64,000 bases of DNA. Origin: Batkoa obscura (Eukaryota). A model generated the notes under the pieces. That model searched no databases. It worked only from the letters and a program-made list of their open reading frames with translations, and was not told the origin of the DNA. Position numbers and translations under genes: made by a program. The number at the start of each line of letters is the position of its first letter. Position 1 is the first letter of the stretch. Positions 1-13,758 of the stretch are shown here, piece after piece. Where the stretch lies: positions 2,170,001-2,234,000 of the forward strand of contig JASVEC010000002.1 of the NCBI GenBank assembly GCA_030770535.1, given 5' to 3'.

Positions 1-338
1 CTATAAAATTTAAAAAGATTCATATTCTAGTAAAAAGTTAACTCATAAGCAAAATTTTACTAGATAAAAGTAAAAATATTATTCTAATTATTAATATGCT
101 ATCTCATAATACTAGTTTTAATCATATAAATGATAACAAAATAACTATATAGACATTTTATTAAACTATATTATTAATAAGCATCAATAACAAACAAGAA
201 AGCATTAAAAATGATTTTTTACTACAACAAAGCATATCATTGAAACCTGTATATGATTGGCTCAAGTGACGAGATCAAAGGGATGCTATTGATTTTTTAT
301 AAAAAAATCATCCAAATTAAAAAGAATCTTTTTATATC

Positions 339-5191
<4,853 letters not shown>

Positions 5192-5364
5192 TAAAAGTAA
5201 CGTACATTTTAAATAAATATTATTTGGGTTATGATATGAATAAATTTTCATTTTTTATGTTTTTTTCAAATATGCTAAAATTTCATAAAAGTAAAGTAAA
5301 GGGATTTTTATAGACTCGGGATATGATAAATTTTACTTTTAAATCTACTTTAATTTTTTAATTA

Positions 5365-5464
5365 GGGCGCATTTTTTAGCTCCATTGCTTTTTTGATCTT
5401 TCAATCATTCTATTTGAGCGGAAAAATTATTAGTAAAATTCATAAACACAAAAATACATTCCCC
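5365..5464. mobile_element. ~100-bp MITE, family A (Sola-type termini)
   Basis: GGGCGCATTTTT...TACATTCCCC flanked by ATTA/ATTA; shares core ATTTGAGCGGAAAAATT..TAGTAAAAT with the other copies. Confidence 0.8.
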
Positions 5465-6289
5465 ATTACATATTTGAGAATAATTTTTGAACTCATTATA
5501 ATAACCCAATATTTTTCAATCCAAATATCAAATGATACTTATTACTTTTGAGAATTCTTTATAATAGATTTAATAAACAAAATTCCATTTTATCATATTG
5601 TCTTTACTATGTGCTTATTACAATTTGATGATAATTAAATTTAAATACAATATGATTTTTAAAGAATACGAAGATCAAAAGACCTTGTGTTTTTATTTAG
5701 ATAATAAGTTAATAATTAAAAAACCAACAAAGTGGTAAATCTTAGAACAACCCTTATGAATAAGCAAAAATTTGTCCACAATAGATATAGCATGTGCGAT
5801 GTCCAAATTAAGTTCTTTTTTTTACCCGATTTCTAAAAATTTTGTATTTTAAGAACTTTGCTTAAAATTGTATAAAAATAAATTCTTTATTAAAAAAATA
5901 TATTAGTTTTAAATTATTTTATTATAATTTCTATTACAAATTAGTAGAATTTCTATTAAATTTAATGAAGATTCCTAGATTAGGGAGCCTTTTATTAATA
6001 TAACATATATAGTGATATTAATTAAAGTTGTAGTATGTAAACAAGTATACATTTTTGTAAAACTTTATTAAAAAATATTTATTATTGACTGCTTTATAGC
6101 CAACATTGCGGGTTTACTACTAAATAAATAAAAACTTCAGAAGTTAAAATTAATTAAGTCATATTTTTTATTTTGCTTAATGCTTTGAAAATATTTTTCT
6201 ATTATAAAAGATTTCCAAAATGTCCATTAACTATACTTTTTCTATAACACTTAGCAAAAAAATTAAAGTCAATATTCAAACTACTATTT

Positions 6290-6387
6290 GAGGATGTATT
6301 TTTGTGTTCAAGGGTTTTACTAACAAAATTTCCGCTTAAATAGCGCTTAAAAAATGGAAAAAATAATGGAATTAAAAAAACAATCCC
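6290..6387. mobile_element. MITE A nested in decayed transposase
   Basis: GAGGATGTATTTTT...CAATCCC with ATTT TSD; the empty site CTACT-ATTT-ATTTTATG is in the intact copy near 14728. Confidence 0.9.
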
Positions 6388-6758
6388 ATTTACTTTATAA
6401 ATTTTTTTAAATATATAATATATAATATATATTATAAAAACTTCTAGGATTTAAAATAACTTCCTGTATCTACCTATATATTAAGTTTTATAAAATTATT
6501 AAATAAAAGCTTTTTATATACTAAATTAACCAAAGAGTTTTTTATTTATACTGAATTATAATTTAATATTTTAGATAGATAATCAGAACAAACTTTATAT
6601 ATATTATTTTTTAAATATGAAATACTAAATATTAACACCAATATAGTTCGTTTATTACAATAACTCAAATCTATTAGATTTGGTTTTGTTTTTATATCTA
6701 TATTTTATTTAAAGTTTAAAGTTATTATATAACTTTTATTATTTAATCTCTTAATAGC

Positions 6759-7215
6759 TGTAGAATCTGGTACTGAGTAGTTGGAGTTAAAAGCAGTTAT
6801 TAATTGACTAGCCGTAAGTCGAAAAGTCTTAGTTTATGTGACTAAGGTAGACTTGGATTATGAAGAATAGCACGTAATATATTACAGACTATGTAAGACA
6901 AATAGAATAGACAGTACTACTTAAAATCTACGTAAAATACTAAAAGGATAATTTAGTGGCTTTATTAAAGGTACAGTATCAAGGAATAATTCAGTCAAAA
7001 AGCTCCAAGTTACTATTTCTTAAATCTGTTTTACACTTCAACAAGTATGAATATCAAAACGGGGGGATAATGTCCTTTGGAATCATATGACAGAAATCCT
7101 CATAACAAATCAAAATAAGAGCTTGAGACTAATTGCGCCTGAACTCGAGAACATAACGACTTAAGTGATTGTTATGTTATAGTCAATCATAAAGCTGACA
7201 AAGCGATATTTCACG
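6759..7215. mobile_element. Solo-LTR-like element, copy 1, nested in the decayed transposase
   Basis: TGTAGAATC...GATATTTCACG; homologous over its whole length to 16571-17033; interrupts sequence that is contiguous near 15085-15095 in the intact element. Confidence 0.75.
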
Positions 7216-7357
7216 GTTTTATTAAACACAATTTTTTGAGTATCAACATAAAATTCATAGGATTTATATAATTTTTTTTATTAAAAGATTTTTTTATCTT
7301 TGTTGTATTTTTTATTAACACATTTGTTTTGTTTCAAACAACTCTTTTTAATTATAT

Positions 7358-7455
7358 GGGGATGTATTTTTGTATTTAAGAATTTTACTAACAATTTTTC
7401 CACTCAAATAGCGCTTAAAAGATGGAAAAAATGCTGAAGCTAAAAAAATATTCAC
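7358..7455. mobile_element. MITE A, nested
   Basis: GGGGATGTATTTTT...TATTCAC with ATAT TSD. Confidence 0.9.
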
Positions 7456-7611
7456 ATATACTGGGGCACATATATTATATAAATCTGTTTTTTTAGTAGA
7501 TTTTTAAAATTATTTAATATGTATTTAATATGTATTTAAATATTAACCTAGTTACTGTTTCATTTTTAAAATATTTACTATATATTATTTTCCCATTTTT
7601 ATTTAGTATAT

Positions 7612-7710
7612 GAGGCTGTTTTTTTTGACTTCATTACCTTTTCTACTTTTTAAGCGCTATTTGAGCAGAAAAATTGTTAGTAAAATCCTTAAATACAAAA
7701 ATACATCCCT
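7612..7710. mobile_element. MITE A, nested, opposite orientation
   Basis: GAGGCTGTTTTT...ATACATCCCT; conserved core AGCGCTATTTGAG. Confidence 0.85.
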
Positions 7711-7787
7711 GTTTGATTAATGTTTATTATTATTATTTTTTTATTCAATCTTAGTAAAATAGTTGAATCATTTAGTAAATATTATAT

Positions 7788-7875
7788 GAGGATGTTTTTT
7801 TTGGTTTCATCACTTTTTTCATTTTTACAGCGCTATTTAAGTGGAAAAAATAATGAAGTCAAAAAAAACACTCCC
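7788..7875. mobile_element. MITE A variant with the same arm at both ends
   Basis: GAGGATGTTTTTTTGGTTTCA...TGAAGTCAAAAAAAACACTCCC with ATAT TSD. Confidence 0.85.
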
Positions 7876-8206
7876 ATATAGTAATTTTGATTTACTTATT
7901 TTTAATAACGGGTTACAGTATTAGTATTTTATTATTATTAATTATTTTTAGACAATTATAGTAATCTCTTCTTATATTAAATCCATAACTTTTATATTCA
8001 TTAAGAAAATATACTGAAGCTTTCAAGGCATTAGTTCTATATATTGTTTGATTAAATTTATCATTATAAATAATAAATAATAAATTTTTGAATTTAATTT
8101 TAAGCTTTTTAAACTTAACTAATCATACATTTAAGCACTTATAAATTTAAAAGTTAAGATTTGAGTTTACAACTAAATCCTGAAACCAATTTGAACATCT
8201 TCATAT

Positions 8207-8304
8207 AAGAATGTATTTTTTCGTTTAAGAATTTTACTAGCAGTTTTTCCACTTAAATAATGTTTGAAAAATGGAAAAGTAATGAAACTAAAAAACACAT
8301 CCCC
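8207..8304. mobile_element. MITE A inserted at the right end of the decayed transposon
   Basis: ATAT|AAGAATGTATTTTT...CACATCCCC|ATAT. Confidence 0.85.
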
Positions 8305-8574
8305 ATATAACGATTTAAAGGCTACAAAATGTATAGTAGTAGTTGTACGAAATAGTATACATGTAAAGGAGGATGCTTTTGTTTCTTAAAGAATAACTTA
8401 ATGCTACAAGCAATCGTCATTTACTGCTGTGTACAAAGTTTGTATTTAATCAAAAAACTAATCGTGCAGTCAAAGGTTAAATTGTTATTTTAAAAAGTTG
8501 GTTTAAAATTACTTTATTATAAATTTCAACCACTAAATTAAACTACACCTATCATTTTGTTTGTATATTGAATT

Positions 8575-8645
8575 TTAAAATATAAAATATAAAATATAAA
8601 ATATAAAATATAAAATATAAAATATAAAATATAAAATATAAAATA
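8575..8645. repeat. (TATAAAA)n microsatellite
   Basis: About ten tandem 7-mers. Confidence 0.9.
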
Positions 8646-9876
8646 CAATGTATAAAATATAGTGTATAATATCGCCTCAAACTTTATCGAAATATTAGTA
8701 TTCCAATTTAAAACTAGCTAATGGGATAGACATGTTTGTATTTACAAATTATCCAAATATAGTATTTTGATTTTAATTTTGCTCAATTTTTATTAGCTTG
8801 ATAATAATAGACTGAATTGAGGATTTATTTTGAAATAAGGTTATGATCAATAACAATTGCTCCCATTATTAATCGAAAATCAACTCGAAAATCAACTCGA
8901 AAATATCTATTAGATTGATATTAAACAATCTATACATAAATTTAGTAGCATAATAAACAATTTCAAATATACAAATATATTAATTATCACATTTTTATTT
9001 TCAAAGCATTATTTATTCACCTTATTCATAATCCTTAAAAGCATACAGTCCCAAGTCTCTATTACTTAAATAAACTCATTTGAGTCCCAAGTGGTAGAGC
9101 TAAGAGACAAAATTATAAAAACTTAAGACCCGGACTTAAAGAGTCCATCAAATAAAAATAAAGCTAAGCATTATAAAAGGTGAGAAAGCTCGAATTCTAT
9201 TCCTATTACATTCTATGTTTGATAAGGAACTATTCGCAGATTACATTTCTACTAAATTAATAGTCATCATTTATTAAATATCGGAAGCATTTATTAAATT
9301 AGTAAAAGTTAATTTGAAGCATATCACAACACCACATTATTAAAAAATAAGATAGGCATAAATTAATTAAAATAATAGGCTTTATATATTCAAGGAACAT
9401 ATATTTTTTGAATATTTTTATATTTAATTAGATAATAAACTATTTAAGCTAGTTATAACATTTTGGTGACTAAGATTATAGCGATTGCCACTAAAGTTGT
9501 GATATGAATAATTTTAAATCCAATAAAAGAAACGGTAGGGTTCGATTAAATTAAATTAACCAATAAACATTAAAATTGTTGAATTCTATTTTCCGACAAT
9601 GGTTTTACCAAATAAAAAGTTAGAACAGAAAAGTGCTACGAAAATTAATTAATAACAAAATAAGGGTCTAAAAGCAACAAAATTAGTCCAAGGAATAATG
9701 AAGTCAGGGAACAAAAGAAGGTGTGAACAATTAAAGAAAAATTTATACTAATTATAAATAATGCTATTGAGTCAATAAAAAATCACTATATAAATAAGCC
9801 ATGCCCTATTTTTTAAAAACTTTGATATTTTTGTTTATTTTATATCATTTCCATCCTTTAATTCATCCAGTTCAAC

Positions 9877-11139
9877 ATGGAAGAAGAAGCTACGTCAATA
9901 TATAATGATTACATCATTGGGGTAGTTTACCCAATGATGGCTCAGGTTTCTGCTATTTTAGCTGCCATTGTGGTAATTACTATGGTTTCTTTAGGTAATT
10001 ATCCACCCTTGATATCAACATTATATTAATATTTTTATAGTAATCTATGACCATAAATTAGTCAACCGTGTTTCCTTAAGATTACAAACAATGATCTCAT
10101 TAATTGATGTATGGACGCATACTGCATACATGTGGATGCGACCAGTTGATTATCCAGGCTCAATGTGTACCTTTATTGGTTGGTCTCTTATCTTTTTCCC
10201 ACTGTTGTACATTTTTTATAATGTCGTTGTTGCTGTTAATCTCCAATTAGTTTTTTTGCATAATGTTAAGATCACTAGTAAGATTGAAGTTGCTTATTGG
10301 ATTGGTCCCATCATCCTCGCCTTTATCTTGGCTACCGTACCACTAGGTAGACTATTATTGCTTGTTATTAAGTCATATGCTAATTTTATTCATAGTTACC
10401 GGAAGTTTAGGCTATAGTGAATATAATGGATGCTATACTAGTGGAGAAAATAAGTTTGTAGGAAGAATGGTAGATTTACTTGCTTGTAGTTTATGGACAG
10501 TACTTGGGATATTATATATCGTAGTTATAGTAGTATTAGTAATGATTCATATCAATCGAGAATCAAATCATATTAAAAGATCCCGAATGTTTCAAAATGC
10601 TCAAGTATCCCAAAAGGCTATTAAGAGTATTAAAATGTTAACTTATAGGGTGTAAGCTTATTGTTAAAGCTTTAATATTGATGCTAATCTAGTTTTTAGT
10701 ATGTTATACCCTATCATTGTCATCATTTCCCAAACGGCCACTATTACTGCTCAAGTTTATTATGATTTTACTGAACAACCAATACATGCTATTGATCAAG
10801 TGTCTTATATATGTACTGGTTTAGTAGGAGCTCTCAATTTTGTTGCTTTCTTTTTAGATCCTACTATCCACACTGCAATTAAAAAAGTATTTAAAAGGAT
10901 ATGCAACAAAGCCAAAAAACAAAGAGAATATCCAACCAAAATTGGTAGGTTTTTATTTTTATCATAAAGAGTTGATAATAACCTTTTATTTAGAAGATGT
11001 TAACAATATTGAGATGGGACAAAATAAACCTAACCTAATGACATTTAATAACTCTTCGGAACTGGAGCACGCTTCTACCAAGCATTTTATTTTCCAATCT
11101 GAAGATGAGCAGTTCAATGAGTTAACAAAAGCTTTGTGA
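9877..11139 (+). CDS. Seven-transmembrane GPCR-like protein (Git3/cAMP-receptor-like), multi-exon
   Basis: Successive hydrophobic helices across exons; LVNRVSLRLQ, C-x-F-x-G-W, LYPII and LNFVAFFLDP motifs. Confidence 0.7.
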
Positions 11140-12399
11140 TTTAATACTATACGATTCGTTTAATAAATATATCTTAATAAATTTGGCATTTTTTCAAATA
11201 AAATTATTCCAAATTATTATTTTTTGAACATAACCCCATTTTCCGCAAAATGACCCTTATTTAAAAAAATGTTATGACTAACTTCGAGAATCTCAAGAAA
11301 TTACTCGCAATTTTTGATCAATTTGTAAAAATAATACAACCCATCATCATTATGCTCTGGCCTTTTTTTATAAATAAAGATGTATGGCATAACTTTATTT
11401 CATTATTCTTGACAAAATTTTACCAAAGAATGGCTCTATCACTTTTTTCTAGTCTCGGTACTTGTTAAAGCAAGCTTGCGCACTTAAGCTCAAAGTCGAA
11501 AGTTTTTATAATAATGAGTTATTCTCTAACCTGAGGGTTCAAAATTAAACATTGGTAAATGTAGCATGAGCATCTAGAAGTCTATACGTTCTTATGAATA
11601 ATAGGCGGGTTTTCAAATGCATAGTTATTAATACCCATATTAAGTTAGTTTAAGGTAAAATAAAGATTTGTGGATTTAAATAAACATTTAAAAGTTGTCT
11701 ATTTATGCTATTTTAACAATTTTTCAAATAGCATCAGGTACGATAATTGATAGTTTTTATAATTTTTAATTTTTAAAAGACCATTATTGGATTTCTTATC
11801 CTCATGCTAAATTATATGAAAAGTCAATTTTTTAAATGTTATAATATTTTTTATTATTCATTTAGTAAATAAATCAATTTTCTATTTATAGAATCGAAAT
11901 AATCTTAGTGTAGGCACTTCAGTTAGTTATATTAAAGCAAGCTTTATAAAACAACAGAACTTATAGACAAAAGATTAATTATTTTGGTTGTTTTTGTGTT
12001 GTTTTGTTTTAATTCCTGGTTTCCTCTATTCAGCAACCAAAGTCAAGCTTTGGCAAGAGGAAATAAAAAATAAATTACCTGTTAAGGAGAACTGGCTTGT
12101 TAGAGACATTAAAATTTGAATTGTCTGTTAAAGTATTCCTCTAATTTTCAAATCTTCTTCTGATATTCTGTATTTGTATTCTTTAAAACCTTCAAATTCT
12201 CAAATAAAAGCAAGCACTTCCACAATGATAAGTAATCAAAAGAACGCATTAATTATTATACTTGAATATATTTGTCTTTACAAGGAAATTTAATTAAATT
12301 TATTCTCTACTTTAATTGTTTTTAATTTAAGACATTGAAATAAATAATGCAATATAGTGTTTCTTAAAAATTACGTTTAGAGCATTTATTAATATTATG

Positions 12400-13255
12400 T
12401 TAAAACACAATTGGTAAAATTGATCATTGTTCTTTTTGAAAATTTGACTATACATGGGTATTGTCTACTTAGTTATTTAAAGCAAGCCAAAGTATTTGGC
12501 AATGACTTGTTCCAACTCAGGGGGATAGTAGTCAGTGTACTACCAGCTTGTAATACCCATTAGCTTATTGTCGTTTAAGGCAAAAGATTTATGGTTTAGA
12601 TAGCAATGGCAAAATGCTGGGTTAGAGAAAGCTGTATTTCTGAGATCTTTCAATATTGCTCTAAATATCTTAGGTTTGAAATGTGGTATTGAATAATGAT
12701 CGTTTTTTTCATTGATATTATATCCTTAAACACATGTACAAGTTGATCTATATTCTCGATAGTTTCATGATAGTTATTATTCTCGTAAAGGATTGATATG
12801 TTAACATGATAGAGGGATAAGCCAGTAATACTGACTGTATCTACGTTGCGATCTTCCATGGCTTTTTCAGAATCCGATAGTTTGATGGGATGCTGTTTAA
12901 ACCTTTCCAGATCTTTTTGAATTTTTTTTATATAAATGATTATTCTATTCTTATAAACCATCGATCATACCCCCTTCTATTTCTTTGCCCACCGTTATAT
13001 AGCAGGAATTTCCATTGAAGTAATTGTATAACCTTAAAGCACAATATCTTGGAAAAATTTCACCTATTCTTCCCATACTGTTTTTTTGAAGCTTCTTGAT
13101 CTTTTGGCTCTTGATTTATTTCCCTCTTTGTATTTAACGTCCCATTCTAGGCCATATTTGGGAATCCTTTCTTTTGATTGGAGGGCAAGAACTATTGATT
13201 TACCAATAAAGAGGACTATGGTATAGGAGTATACTTACAGGTATGCTCCCTGTAA
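12400..13255 (-). pseudogene. Decayed APH/choline-kinase-like phosphotransferase
   Basis: Minus-strand translation AFCHCYLNHKSFALNDNKLMGITSW*YTDYYPPELE resembles the family pattern FCHGDLxxxNILVxDxxIxGIIDWEYAGYYPxE; in-frame stops and a frameshift. Confidence 0.55.
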
Positions 13256-13758
13256 AAAAATCGCCTTTTGTAGTAATAGAAATTGCTAATTATATTAAAA
13301 TCTATAAATATTTTAAAGTACTTTCACATTAATACTAAGATTAATATCAACACTAATTCTAGCCTTAACCTAGTCCTAACATCAATTGTAACCCTAATCC
13401 TAACCTGATTTTATTATAAATTCACTTGATCTATCTTTTTTCTAAAATGATTAAGCCAGAAATACAAAAAGCTAAAACTAAACAACATTTAAGCTTAAAT
13501 AATCATTAACTAGCAACCATTTTTCCTATTAATAATCTGTACTATTGCACTATTTATAGCTTGAAATCTAAATTTTATTTCGAAATGAGCATTTTTAGTT
13601 CCTATTTGAACTTTAAACAACGTTTGGTTTTTGACTTATTTTTTAAATTTTCTAACTTTAATTATTCTAGAAAAAAATATAAAATCTCCAGAATTAGTTT
13701 CGTTTTTTCGTCTAATTTTTAAACTATGAATTATAAATTAAGTGAACAATAAAATACT

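Larger units (their letters stand above)
5796..8202 (-). mobile_element. Decayed, internally deleted copy of the Sola-like transposon carrying nested insertions
   Basis: Collinear similarity to 13759-16222 (e.g. 6210-6289 vs 14652-14731, 7460-7520 vs 15234-15295, 8090-8202 vs 16117-16222); degenerate TIRs GCGATGTCCAAATT and TGAAACCAATTTGAACATCTTC. Confidence 0.85.

Noticed and set aside
5365..8304. CRISPR-like array from the recurring repeats
   Set aside because: Repeats are ~100 bp, irregularly spaced, in mixed orientation and have TSDs, in a eukaryotic context; these are MITEs
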